64,000 nucleotides of DNA from Lama glama (Eukaryota): positions 104,038,001 to 104,102,000 of the forward strand of contig CM052817.1 of NCBI GenBank assembly GCA_028534125.1, written 5' to 3'. Under the pieces are notes generated by a model, which made no database searches, was not told the origin of the DNA, and was given only the letters and a program-made list of their open reading frames with translations. Positions 39,277 to 52,710 of this stretch are shown here, one piece after another (within the stretch, counting starts at the first letter, position 1; each line of letters starts with the position of its first letter). The position numbers were made by a program, and so were the translations under genes.

Positions 39277-41183
39277 AACGAGACTCCTAGGCCAGTGCTG
39301 GGCAGAGAGGTCTCTCCAGAGCACACCGCGATCGCACAGGGACAGCTGGTGCTTTGCGCTTTTCTTCTCTGGAAACTGAGGCCTTGGATGTATTCCGGAG
39401 ACAGCATCATCTCACCTTAAAGAAGAAGAAAGCCAGCAAACAGCTGTGAGGCAAAAATGTCCACCTCACAGGAGAAACAGCTCTCCATGCCTTGGTAATT
39501 CTCATTTTCTGTAGGCCTATATTATGATTATCTTCCTCTTGCCCCATTTTTATTTTTTTTCCACCTGGAGTTATATATTTTTTCTTTAACTCCTGTAAAG
39601 AATGGACCCCTGCTTTTGAAATAAGTCAAAATTTTCTCATTATCTGGCATAAATCTTCATTGTAAAATTGAAAACACCAAATCCTCCAAATTTAGTATAG
39701 TATTAAAATTGTAGTGATGTATACATTTTCATATGCAAAATGGCATCGTCAGTAATCAGTGATTTATTCTGGGAGGCATAGGGCACACATCACCTACTGC
39801 TTGAGCTCCTCAAGTCTGATGGAAAGTACTTAAATAATTATAATTGTTTCTCTGTCACCTCATTAGATCAAACTGTTAAATTAAAGAGGATGAGGAAGGT
39901 TCACTCCCATTACAGCCATCTTGAACCCTTTCCTGCAACCAGGTTGGCTTATCTGTCTTCCCCTGGAGAACCCTGATCTCTTCTGGACTCATAATTCTGT
40001 GCCTACTTCTCTTTCCCTCCACTCATCCTGCATTCTGGCCTTTCTGTAAGCCTTGTCTCTTTCCTGGAAGCTTTCCTAACTAATCCAGCTGCATCAGTGG
40101 GGTCTAGGCACCTCCAAGCTAAAGTTACCTTGTGTCAAGACTTTATCCCTTTGCTAAGAAAGACTGTCCACAGAAGTTACAGGCAAGAAATGATGCAGCT
40201 TTGTTGTAGAGGAGTATCTGAGTTTAGAGACAGGTACTATCTTTGAATTATGAATGTAATTGGGTTCAAGGATGTATTTTCAGAAAACTGAGGGGTTATT
40301 TGTGAAAGTGTCCCTGCACATCGATGCTCTGTTTCAGCTCCATAAGAAGTGTTCTGTGACACTCCTCTAGGGCAGTGTGTTACATCTAAAGGACTCTGAT
40401 GATGGAATTACTGTCCCTTCCTGACCAGTCAGTGGGTACAGTGCTTATTTATGATTGGAGGGGGGCCAGGACTACACTGATAGCCGCATTCTCCCTTTCT
40501 CTCTCTCTCACACACACAGATCTGCATGCTTGGTATTTTACCAGAAACTGTGAAAATTGCAACCCTTAGTTTCCCCTGGGTTTGTGACCATCCATTTTCC
40601 TCTTCAAGAAATATGGCGCCTCCTAGGGGTCAGCATTGAAACTTGCTTTCATTTAACTCACATCTGGTGGGTGCGTGCTCTTCATTAAAAAACCCACCTT
40701 GTTGAAGGGAGAAAAACCTGTACTTAGTTTTACCTTAATACCAGAAAGTGGTATGCAGTCTGAGACACTGGACTACATTAGCTTCTTGCCATGCTCATCC
40801 CCTTTGATGATTATGAGTCACACAACCCTCAGGGCGTGGCAAATACACTGTCCTGGAATCAGAGACCTTGGGTTCGGTATTCAGTCCTGCCCCTTGCTAA
40901 TTGTGTGATTTCAGCAAATAACTGTGCATCTCTGTCTTGATTACATTAGCTACAGAATGGTCTCTCTTTTAGCCACAGGGAAGTTACTTATTTATACTAA
41001 TGCACATGAAATAATTTGTACATTTAGTCATTTGATCAGGATTTATGAGCAGCGTCTATGGGCAGGTCCTATTCCAGATACTGGAGAACCAGGGCAGAAC
41101 TTGAGGACTAAGCTCCTAGTCCTCTCCAGCTTCATTGCAATACACTTGCAACTTAAGCAGTGTACAAAGGTAAATATTAGAAC

Positions 41184-41760
41184 TATATACAGTAGCCAAG
41201 ACAGGGAAGCAACCTAAATATCCATTGCAGAGGACTGGATAAAGAAGTTGTGGTGTATTTATGCAATAGAATACTACTCAGTCATAAAAAAGAATAAAAT
41301 AATGCCATTTGTAGCAACATGGATGGACCTGTAGATCATCATTCTAAGTGAAGTAAGTCAAAAAGAGAAAGAAAAATGCCATATGATATCACTTCTATGT
41401 GGAATCTGAAAAAAAAGAAAAAAGAGGACACTGATGAACTCATCTACAAAACAGAAACAGACTCGCAGACATAGTAAACAGTCTTATGATTACCAGGGGA
41501 AAGAGGTTGGGAAGGCATAAATTTGGGACTTTGAGATTTGCAAATGTTAGCCACTGTATATAAAAAAAGATTAAAAAATTTCTTCTGTATAGCATAGGGA
41601 ACTATATTCAGTATCTTGTAATAATCTATAATGAAAAAAGAATATGAAAACAAATATATATGTGTATACGCATGACTGGGACATGATGCTGTAGACCAGA
41701 AACTGACACATTGTAACTGACTATACTTCAGTTAAAAACAAAAACAAACAAACCAAAACA
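41184..41760 (+). mobile_element. 5'-truncated lineage-type L1 3' end
   Basis: tagccaagacagggaagcaacctaaat...gacacattgtaactgactatacttcagttaaaaac with an A-rich tail. Degenerate TSD aaata(t/c)ta(g/a)aac at 41172-41183 and 41761-41772. Confidence 0.92.
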
Positions 41761-41885
41761 AAATACTAAAACAAGCTGTCTAACTTTAATAGATATTATT
41801 TATGTGACTATTTATGCAGTCCACTTAATTAGGTTCTTGGTTCCATGGGGTTAAGAAATGTGCCTTAATTCTATTTTATCCTCTG

Positions 41886-41892
41886 GTGTGTG

Positions 41893-41925
<33 letters not shown>

Positions 41926-41950
41926 GGAGAGAGAGTGTGAGTGAGTGAGC
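41886..41950. repeat. Compound (TG)(TA)(GA) microsatellite
   Basis: Direct reading. Confidence 0.9.
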
Positions 41951-42372
41951 ACACAGGATAGCAGAGTTCTCACATATGCATCAAATTCAATTAACAAAAA
42001 AGAATAATGGAAAATCCAAGGATGAAGTTAAGCATTTAGGAAGCCGTACAATCAGTCACAGAATATAGGTCATGTGTCTGAACCTCAGTACATTTCTGAA
42101 AGATTTCTCTCTTGGTTATTTGGTATCATAGAAGGGCTGCAAAATTAAAGCCCTCATCAGTGGATCTAATGAAGATATTTCTATGAGACAGCTGTGTGTA
42201 AAATATAAAACTGGCAACATAAAAATGGGCTGCCTCTGATTTTTATTCATCTCAGGAAGGCTATACCTTGAATTTCTGAACCGGTATTCGATGAGGGTAG
42301 ATGGATAATTTTAGGAATATTGTTAGCTTACTGAGTCCTAAGTGAAAACAATTCAGAAAAGTCTATATGGGC

Positions 42373-42841
42373 ATATTAGTTAATAGTTTTCCAGAGAAAC
42401 AGAACTCACAGGATATGTGTATGTGTATATGTGTGCATACATATATATATATAAAGAGAGAGAGAGAAGGAGAGAGATTCATTTTTTATTTTAAGGAATT
42501 GGCTCGTGTGCTTGTGCAGTCTCGCTGGTCCAAAATTTGCAGGGCAGTCTGGTAGGCTGGAAGTTCCTTCAAGAACTTATAGTTCTTGGCATTATAGTCT
42601 TCAATCTAAAGGCCACTGGAAGCAGAATTCCTTCCTCTTCCGGAGACCTCTGTCTTTTAAAGCCTTTAGTTTATTGAATGAAGCCCATGCACATGATGGA
42701 GACTTTACTTAAAATCTGCTTGTTTAAATATTATTTATACCTAAAAAATACCATCATACCAACAGCTAGACTGGTGTTTGACTAGTGTTTGACCGGGATA
42801 CTACATCCTAGCCAAGTAGACACAAAAAATTAACCATCACA
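42373..42841 (-). mobile_element. MLT2 (ERVL) LTR
   Basis: ttttccagagaaacagaac...ttttaaggaattggctc...aaaattaaccatcaca is the reverse complement of the MLT2 type seen at 19466. Confidence 0.88.
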
Positions 42842-45800
42842 GTCGGGTCTGACCAAAATTTTACTATAGACTTTATATTGCCTTGGAAAAAAGACATGTA
42901 GTAAATACTATTGAAAAGACCAAAATTTTAACTACTAGAAATCCTAATGTGGGCATCTCTGGGTAAGTATAGGGAACAAGGTTGAAGACATCTGTATCTA
43001 AATTTATACTTCGAAGTCCCACATTTTCTTAGCTTTTATAAATTATGGAGAGTTTTGTAACAACATAGCTTAATAAAAATGCTTTAGTGACATTTCATAC
43101 CGTCTTGAGCGTGAACGCCCGGAGAAGCGACCCCGACAGTCCAACAGTAAGGTGGCGTTTGCTCTGCTGGCCTTTTGAATGTCTCACCACGCCTTACCTC
43201 ATCCTCCTGGCTGCAGTGTTTCCCCAGTCCTTTCTGTTCCCTGAACAATATCACCGTTGCCTTTCTAATGCCTGACATAGTATCTGATGTGCAGTGCTGC
43301 ATCGGTAATTCTAGAAGTAATTCTAGAAAGAGGGACATTGAGAAGGAAAGCGTGTTCCTGGAAACACTCACGTTTTAGCTCTGCGCTTTCTCCACTTCGG
43401 TCTGTTCCTTCACTAATGTGACACCCTGCCTTGTGTAACTGGCCACCGCAGCTGAGAGGCCCAGGAGGAGGTATCAGAGTGATGCAGGTGATGGTACCGT
43501 CTTCTCAGCTCTCTTCCTTTATCCTTCTTCTGCATCTCTTGCTATTGGTTTGTCACACTTTTTAAGACCCGAGATTGCACATTTAGAGCCCAGCATGGGC
43601 TGAGCCACAGTGAAAAGTACGTATCATCTTTGAACTTGATTTTAATGCAGGAAGCAGGATTGATCAGCTTTTTCTAATGGACCGTTTTAGAAGGTTAGTG
43701 GATGCTATCATGTTAGGTAATTTCAGCAGAGTAATTTTGCCCTTTTGAAAACCTCCCAAGAAATTCTGCCTTGACATTGACCCGTTAGAAACTGGGGAAA
43801 CATATTTTAAGGATGAGACAGGACAGAGATTGCATTTGTCATTATTATTTTAACCTAACAGTTTGTCTGCTCTGTTACTGTGTAAGTAATCTGTATTGAT
43901 GACGCTCAGTACAAGTAGTCAACCTCATTCAGCTTTGGTTGGAAACCAAAAGAACCAGTGATAATAAGATGCATTTTGGAACAAATAAAATTGGGTAGCC
44001 ACTATTATGGCCAATTGTTAATTTTTTTGTTCTCATTTAAATCATATTTACCCTTAGTTTTCTGTAGTATAGACATCAAGAAAAAAATGATTTCTTAGGT
44101 TAAAAGACTAATTTGTTCTGGAACTTAAAAAAAATTCTCCAAGAAGTCTAAATGGAGATTTAAACACAAAACCTAAATATTTGGAAATAAATATTTGGTT
44201 TCTTTTTTATTCATAACTTACACATTGTACTTTGTCAGTTTTCACTCCATCAGATATCAATTTTAAGAATTCTGTGCATGAACTTTTATAGTGATGTATT
44301 TTCAAATGATCCTTTATATAGTCATCCATCAAGGATGCAAAAAATAGAACTTTAAGATATTACTATACATATATTTTTACTTTAATTTTGTCCGTTAGTT
44401 TTCTTTAAAAAGATACTCTTGTGCGGGAATGGAGGTAGTGCAATCATCCATCTTGTATATGTGATGAAGAGAGAGGGAAAATATAACTTTTTATATAATT
44501 TGTAACTTGCAAAGCTCTTTCTTCTGTGATCTGATATTCTTTCTGGATATAAATTACAGACCTGGAGGAGGTAAATTAACTTTTAATTCAGAAATTGGTT
44601 TAGAACAATATTACTATTCTTCTAAAAATAATTTGTCATTGCATAATCTCTATATGATGATACATTGATAACGAATAAACTTAGTAAACTCAATGAGCTT
44701 ACAATATTCTGAGTAGCACTGGGCAAAGCTTACATTTTTACAGTAATTCTTCATGAGAGAAAAAATTAACTCAGGCCTCTGGTGCTCAGAAAATGTTACT
44801 TTATAATATTCTTTCTAACTTAACAAACATTTACGTGATTACTAGAAATGATATATTGTGTTTGCTGTCCATAAAGTGATTACAGATTCATAAACAATAA
44901 CTCGATTCCCTTACAGATTTTTTGATGAACTAATTTACTCTCCCTGTAGGCACTAGGGAAAATAAGGCGGCCACATAGATGATCAGTCGTATTTCCTGCT
45001 CCAACAGACGAGAGAGAATGAGGGGTGATGGATGATGATGAGTTAGACAAAAGAGCATCTGAGTACATGGAAAAGAATAGATTAGTGAAAAGGTTCCATG
45101 TCGGAACACAGGGTTCACGTTTGGCATCTTAATTCCACCCCACGGGATCCTGATGGCTGTTGAAAAGACCTGCTGTGATGTGGAGACCGTGGACCAGGCC
45201 AGATGGATGGAGACAGTGGTGCTCACTGCTGAACGGAGTAGGATATTCCCCGATCAGATCAGAATGTCACTCTTAACGGACTCAGTGAAAAACTAGAGAA
45301 CTATTGGATTTGCCACAACACCATTGTTTTCTTAAACTCGGATTTACGTTCTGGTTGGGAAATCTGAACAACGAAGTTTAAAGAGCCCAATGCATTTTTA
45401 TTTTCTCAGCACTCTTTCCCAATATCCTGAGGCATCTGAATGACAGGAAGAGTCAGTACAGTGATGAACGTGATAACGACTTTTACTTTTTCACTTACTC
45501 TCCTTTACAAATGTACTTAAATTCCTGTTAGGCTTTGGATTCTAGTAATTTGTTTTCTGCAATAAGTTTTGGGAAAAAGCAATGTGCCCTTCCTTACTTT
45601 TTTCCTTTTAGTGGCATACTATTATAGTATAACTTTGGTAAAATTTCTTATTTTAACAATTATTTGAGAAATAACTGTTTCTAGAATCACCTAGTCACAT
45701 GATTCATTTACTAGAACACAGTATAAGCATGGTGATAATTTGTGGTCACTGGGCAATGAGCTGTAAAGGCGGGTGGACAGATGTAAACAGACACATACAT

Positions 45801-45889
45801 ATTAATTATATTATTACTCTATTGTGGGTCTTATTGTTAATGTTGCCTTATTATAGTGTCATTTTTCTAAGTCAAGAGTAAATTACAGT

Positions 45890-46040
45890 AGGAGGAGGAT
45901 ATAGCTCAAGTGGCAGAGCACATGCTTAGCTTGCATGAGGTCCTGGGTTCAATCCCCAGTACCTCCTCTAAAAGTAAATCAATAAATAAACCTCCCCCAC
46001 AACTCAAAACAAAGAAAACCAAAAATGATTTTTAAAAAAA
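45890..46040 (+). mobile_element. tRNA-derived camelid SINE (Vic-1-like) with perfect TSD
   Basis: ggaggatatagctcaagtggcagagcacatgcttagcttgcatgaggtcctgggttcaatccccagtacctcc. TSD aagagtaaattaca at 45874-45887 and 46039-46052. Confidence 0.93.
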
Positions 46041-48750
46041 GAGTAAATTACAATGATGGAAACACTCAAGTTCATAAATAATCACTCTCTCTTTGTACCA
46101 CTTGTGATTGGAATTTGTAAATTTTTCAGTATTCACACTGGAAAGGAAATATTGAAATAAATGGTAAAACAATGAATGTTTACTGAAAGGGCAAAAATAC
46201 TATGAAGTACAAATACATACAGAAGACATTCTTTCCTGATAGACTAATTACACTTATCACTCAATTAATTGCAATATTTACTGAATGGAAGAATAAATAT
46301 TTTGAAGCATTCATTACATCAAAGCATAATTATTTTTTTTCCAATCTGGGGTCTAGGTGAGTAACCAGCAATCCTGAGTTATGTAATTCCAATTTAATTT
46401 CATCAGAGTTTCTTTGCACAGGAGGCATCACCATTACTCGTGAACACTGGCAGTTGGTGAGCATGAATACATTTTTCTGTGCCAGTTGGCTCATCCTGAT
46501 GGCTTCCCTTCTGTGTCTAGATCACACTCAGAGAAGAAATCTCTGACTTCCACAGAGATTGGCTCCATCAGTTTTGAATACGTTTCTTCCAGACTTTTAC
46601 CTAACTTTTACCTGTCCCTCAAAATTAATTTTCAGTGTCATCTCTTCCTAATCAGATTTCCACGACTCTGCCCAGCCCTCTCCTGTCACACCACTGGGCT
46701 CACTTCTTCCATCACATTCATAAGAAAGTTCACTACGGTCAGTGAGTAACTGGGCGACCCTGACAGACTGCAAACTTCAGGCTTTCTGAGGGCAGGAACC
46801 CAAGTTGACTATACTTCATTAAAAAAAAACAAACAAAAAACGAAACAACCCACCTCACCCCCCCCAAAAAAACCTCCAATATTTATTAACAGTAAGTGCT
46901 GGGCGTGGCCACAGACATTTTCCAGATACATTATCTTATTTAATCTTCTCAACAATTGTGATGATGAAAGATAAGGCAGCCTCTGCCTCAAGATCAATAA
47001 ACATTTGTTGACAAAATTATTTGTGACAATAATAATGTCTCTGGTGAGCCTGGGAGCATAGAGTCTTAAAAAAAAGCTATAAACTCCATCACCCATTTTA
47101 ATAGGGGCTGCTGACATTTATAACAAAGTCTAAAGGTATTTTTATTAAAAGCAGTTAATTCCTGTTAAGTTTTATGAGGAAATATACATTTGCAATCTAC
47201 ATTAAGACTTTTTATGGCCAAGACAAGGGTTTAATTTATGATGTTCTTAGAATGGCCCACTGAAATTTTCTTCAAAATGTGTTTACTGTTTCCATCAAAA
47301 TACGAAAATTTAAATTTTCATGGTAAGAGCTGGCTCCTCCTTCTAGGACCTAAAGTGCTATCCTTTCATTTTTTTTTTCTTCCCACCTTTGGACTGGATT
47401 TCCTGGACACCTGCCTTTATGGGAAGATAGCTGAGAGATTTGGCTTTCAAAATACTCCTGAGTCCAATTAGGCAGGTTGAAAACACAGAGAGCAGTAAGA
47501 GTAAGAAAAACCGGCCAGGAAATGGCATATGAGGTGCTCTTGCTAAATGAAGGATAATTGTATATTTGTGGACTTGATAGATTTTTAATTCTCCAAGTGG
47601 TCTGAAATTGCTTGGCTATGCTCTCTGGCTGAAAACGATGTCTAGGTTGCTAAGTGCGTGAGTCATTCTCACCAGTAAAGATGCTAAGAGGGGAAGGTTG
47701 GGCAACATTAGCAACACAGCCAATGTCCAGCAGTCCCTGCTGGTCATGTTTTTGTGTAATTTTAATTTTTTCAGTAACTGCCTTCTTTTAAATTTATCGA
47801 AAACTCCTCGCATTTATACCTATTTGATATTACATACATTAGAAAAATATAACTTACATTTCTTTTGGGGGACGGGTTATAAATTGTCATTATCCCAATA
47901 GAATATATTTTAAAATTAAGGACAGGTTGGGAGACTAGTATTTTCTTTGTAATCTATGTCTTTTTAAAAACACTTAGCATTTTGATATAAGATTTTTTTG
48001 GATAACTTGATTATACAAGTGAGGAAATAATGAAAAGCCTTTAACTAGTGTCACACTTCATTTGGACTTTGATGGAATTTTATTAGACTGAACAAGCTCG
48101 CCGCACATGCCTCTGTATTTATCATCTTGTGCATGAAATAAGGACGCCAGAGGAAAAGGCATGAGAGACAAAAGGAGCACTTCAAAGGCAGGAATCCTGA
48201 TTAGGCTGATGGAATTCTATCCCCAGGTTGATTTTTGATAGGCATAAAATTCTTTGAAATTCTTATCCCAGATTCCAGCCCATCAGTCTCTGCTCCTTGC
48301 ATGAATTAACTTTTAAACATTCTTTGCAAATGAGTCCCTACTTTATTCGCAGCGCGTCTTCAGCCTCTCTGCTTTCAGATGTGAGTCAAGCAACCGTGAA
48401 AAGAGAAAAGCGACTGGATGGGGTTTCACCCCTCTCTGGCTTTGCTCGCCCAGGTGCATGGTCAGTCTGGTGACAGGGCAGCCCCAGGATGTCCTGGAGC
48501 AGTAAAGACATGAGTGAGAGGGAGTTGACAGGAAGGAGCCCTCCAGCTCAGCTGACAGTCTCGAAGGATGTGGGGTCATCAGACAAGATAGAACTCAAGT
48601 CTCCTTGCGCCCCCCTGTGAGGCGCCCCAGTGTTGATCCGAAATGCAGGAGCTCTCAGCTCATGCACACGTGGTGTCTTTGTTCTACAAAAGGTTCTTGG
48701 ATATGTAACCTGCACCCACCGGACACAGTCTGCTCACTAAAAGCTAGCGA

Positions 48751-48993
48751 TGTCTTAGTTTGGCTGCCATAACGGAATACCATGTGGCTAAAGCAACAGA
48801 AATTTACTTTCTCACAGTTTTGGAGAGGGTAGGAGGGTGTCCAAGGTCAGGGTCCCAGGATGGTGATATCTGGGGAGGGCCCTCCTCTTGGCTTGCAGAC
48901 TGCCTGTATCTCCCCATGTCCTCGCATGGCAGGGGTGGAGGGGAGAGGACACTGGGGGCCCAGAGAGAGAGAGACTGAGACAGTCAGACAGCT

Positions 48994-49024
<31 letters not shown>

Positions 49025-49175
49025 TTTTTTCCCCCATGTCTCTTCTTATAAGGTTGCTAATCCTATTGGATCAGGACTCCACCCTTACGATCTCATTTAA
49101 CCTTAATCAACCCACAGAGACTCCATCTCCAAATACAGTCACATTGGGGGATGGGGCTGACTTTGGGCCATAACA
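48751..49175 (-). mobile_element. MLT1 (MaLR) LTR
   Basis: tgtcttagtttggctgccataac...cagaaatttactttctcacagtt...ctcatttaaccttaat...ctccaaatacagtcacattgg...cataaca. Confidence 0.88.
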
Positions 49176-49849
49176 GTAGATATATAGTAGTAATTGTCTC
49201 TGGCTCAAATCCTTGATCAGAAAAACTACCGGAACCACAGCTTAGACTATCTCCCAAATCCTTGAGTCTTACACGTGCTCTGTGCATTTCCAGCGATGGA
49301 TCGCCTGCTGTTGATTATTTCCTGTTCTTTTCTACATTTTACTGATGTTGGGACTCCGCCTCTAGCCATAGCCAGGCTTCCTTCTCATCTTGGCATTATT
49401 CTGGTTTTTCACACGTTCTTCTGACAGTGGAGTGCATCAGGGAGGAAGCGATCAGGGAGGGTCTTATCTCATTGCTGTTTACTTATTAAAGTAAGAGACA
49501 TTTTATTTACAGAATAATGCTGCTCCTCATTACACATATTATTTCATGTTATCTTTACAAAAACACTCTATGATAGAATTACCTGTATATGAGATTCATG
49601 ACTTCTTTTGGATGGTACAGTCAGAAACTAGTGGGGCCATGACTCAAACCCATGTTCAGATTCATTCAAAGCCTTGAGTAGTCTCTCACTCCACAGAGGT
49701 TCCTCTGCTTTGCCAGCAAATTAAAGAGTTATTGAACCATTGTTTTCTGACACCACCACAGTGGTACACACTTGAACCACAAATTATTTGTGTCTGTGAC
49801 TTAGTGTACAACTCACTTATTTCCATCACTAAATTGTCACAAACATTGG

Positions 49850-52270
49850 GCGCTTCTTTGTGTACATAACCTTTTTATATCATCTCTGAATATAGATGAA
49901 ATTCATCAGGGCTTCTCTTTACTGGCTGGATCTGAACGTCTTAGTATATTTCATAATGTGCATTAAATTCTTATGTTACCTTTTTATTAGATGCAGGATC
50001 TGAGTTATGTAACTTTTATCATTCCTGATATTGGTAATTTGTATTTTCTCTATCTTTCCAGATCAATCCAGGTAGAGGTTTACCTCTATTATTAGTATTT
50101 TCAAAGTACCAGCTTTTAGTTCATGGATTTTTAATTTTTTCATTTATTTTCTATTTTATTATTTTTCCTTTAATATTTTTTCTTTTGTTATTAAACTACA
50201 GTTGGTTTACAATGTTGTATCAATTTCTGATGTACAGCATAATGTTGCAATCATACATATACATACATATATTCATTTTCATATTCTTTTTCATTATAGG
50301 CTACTGAAATGTATTGAATCCCTGTGCTATGCAGTAGAAACTTGTTTATCTATTTTATATATAGTAGTTAGTATCTGCAAATCTTGGACTCCTAATTTAT
50401 CCCTTCCCAACCCCTTTATTTATGATTACCAGGGAGGTAGTAACCATAAATTTGTTTTCTGTATCTGTGAGTTTATTTCTGTTTTGTAAATAAGTTCATT
50501 TGTGTCAAATAAGTGATATCATGTGGTATTTTTCTTTCTCTTTCTGGTTTAGTTCACTTAGAATGGCAATCTTCTGGTCCATCCCTGTTGCTGTAAATGG
50601 CATTCTTTTATTTTTTATGGCTGAGTAGTATTCCACTGTATAAATATATCACAACTTCTTTATCCAATCATTTGTCAACGGACATTTAGGTCATTTCCAT
50701 GTCTTGGCTATTATATAGTGCTGCTGTGAACATTGGGGTAAATGTATTGTTTTGAATTTCCTCTGGATATATGCCCAGGAGTGGGATTGCATTCCTTTAG
50801 TATTATTTTCTTTATTCTGCTTCTTTTGGGTTTAATTTGCTTTTGTTTTTCTCATTTCTTAAGGAAGAAGTGAGGTCTTTGATTTGAGATCTTTTTTTTC
50901 CCTTTTCTACCTTTTCTAATATAGGTATCTAGTGCTATACATTTCCCTCAGTATTCTCCCAAATTTTGATATATTTTTGTTTCATTTTCTTTCAGTTCAA
51001 TATATGTTCTAATTTTCCTTTTGATTTCCTCTTTGGCTGATGGGTTATTTAGAAATGTATTATTTAGTTTCCAGAAGCTTATGAACTTTCCAGATATCTT
51101 TGCTCTATTGATTTTTTTAATTTCATTTCATTGTGGTCTGAGAGCATACTTTGTATATGGTAAATCTTTTCTTTGAGACTTATTTTGTCACCCAGATCTA
51201 TCTTGTAAATGTTCCATATTAAATTTTCAGAATTTATTTATATTTTATTTTTATTTGGTGAATTTGGTGAAGTGTACTACAAATGTCAACAAGATCAGGT
51301 TGGTTCATAAGATCATTTAAATGTGCAATGAACTCATTAATTTGCTGATTGTTTGATTTGTTCAAAGAAGATATTGAAATCTTCAGCTAAGTCTTAATTT
51401 GTCTGTTTCTCCTTCCAGTTCTATAAGTTTTTGCATTATGTACTTTGAAATTTCAAGTTGTCCTGTCTTTTCTGTTTTTATTTTCTCTCCTTCTTGACTT
51501 CTCTTGGATTGCTGTCTTTTTCTATCCTAGTGTTTTCCTCTCCTAATTTGAAAGCCATACATAATCCTACTATTCTTTCAACATTTACTCTAAACTCTTA
51601 ATATGCACACTTTAAAGTTAAATATCAGTCAGGATCCCAACCTGCCTTCCAAACACTCCAGGGAAAATTTAATCACTTTATCTCCAATTACTTCATACCT
51701 TATTTGCATATTATTTTGATTTTTTATTTTAGTTGTATCTTAGTTTTGAATCCCCTCAGTATTATTATGACAATTTTATAAATCCTTTTTTTCCTTTTTC
51801 AAACATTACTACATATTCAGCAGTTTGTTTGCTTTTAATTTTTTCCTGTATCTAGGATCTCCCATGTGGGGTAACTCTATTTTTGCTTGAAATACATTCT
51901 TTGCAATTTTGATTGAGTAATTTGGTTCATGGCAAAAATCTCTCAGTATTTCTCTAAAATTTTCTTAAATTATCCTCATTCATAAATGATGTTTTCATTC
52001 ACTGGAGAATTCTAGATTGACGTCTATTTTATTGCAGCACATAGAAAAATGGAATTCCACTGTTTCTGGTGACCACTGTTGCTCTTGAGACATTAGCTGC
52101 TTCAACCATGGTCTTTTTTTGTATGTGTCTCCTCTTTTCTCATAATTGTACTCAATATTGGTTTTTTTTTTCATTTTTCCTGCTGTGAATTTTCTGGGCT
52201 CCTGTATCTGATACTTAGTTCTTCTGTTCATTTTGGAAAATTCTCAGCCATTGTCCCGTTACATTTTTGC
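49850..52270 (-). mobile_element. Old L1 (L1ME-like) ORF2/ORF1 remnant, interrupted by a younger L1
   Basis: Antisense L1 sequence (ttcctgatattggtaatttg, cattgtggtctgagagcatacttt). Minus ORF 51995-52231 (QIQEPRK...) resembles decayed ORF1. Confidence 0.7.
50180..50790 (-). mobile_element. 5'-truncated lineage-type L1 3' end nested in the older L1
   Basis: 3'UTR through atatgcccaggagtgggattgc, flanked by the degenerate TSD ttccttta(a/g)tatt. Confidence 0.9.
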
Positions 52271-52284
52271 CAAGATCCCAGTTA

Positions 52285-52710
52285 TGTATTGTTCTGGGTA
52301 TCTTTTTTATACCCAAGAGGCAGGTGTGTATGACCTGTGGTCATGACCTCCTTTGCCCTCTGGTTTCCAATGCTATTCAAAGGACCTGAGGCACAGGCAG
52401 TGGGTCAGAGAGAGGGAGGAAAGTGAATTTGGGTGTTTACCACCATTGCTCCCTCATAGCCAGGCTGATGGACCATTTGCTGGAGCGCATGGTCCTGTCA
52501 GGCAATTGTTATCTTATAGCTGTTCTCTCTGCATTCCATCACCACTTCCTTAACTTTCCTTGCTAGTCCTTCACTGTAGTGCTTCCCAGAGTTACTAACC
52601 TGGGGAGACTAAAATACATCATGCCCCAGATCTATAGATGATCATTCTTAACCTCTCCCTAAACTGCCCATTTGGACACTACTGTCCCCAATCAGACTCT
52701 GACTCATACG
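52285..52710. mobile_element. LTR33-like (ERVL) LTR
   Basis: cctcctttgccctctggtttcc...ggtcagagagagggaggaaagtgaatttgggtgtttac resembles LTR33. Confidence 0.55.

Noticed and set aside
39052..39420. 122-aa and 113-aa overlapping ORFs
   Set aside because: They straddle an LTR boundary and show no recognisable domain.
43304..43328. Small tandem repeats (gtaattctagaa x2; also tgtgaac x3 near 13086)
   Set aside because: Ordinary slippage duplications with no sign of function.
44880..45300. Purine-rich, coding-looking stretch with overlapping ORFs
   Set aside because: No recognisable protein and no convincing acceptor/donor pair.
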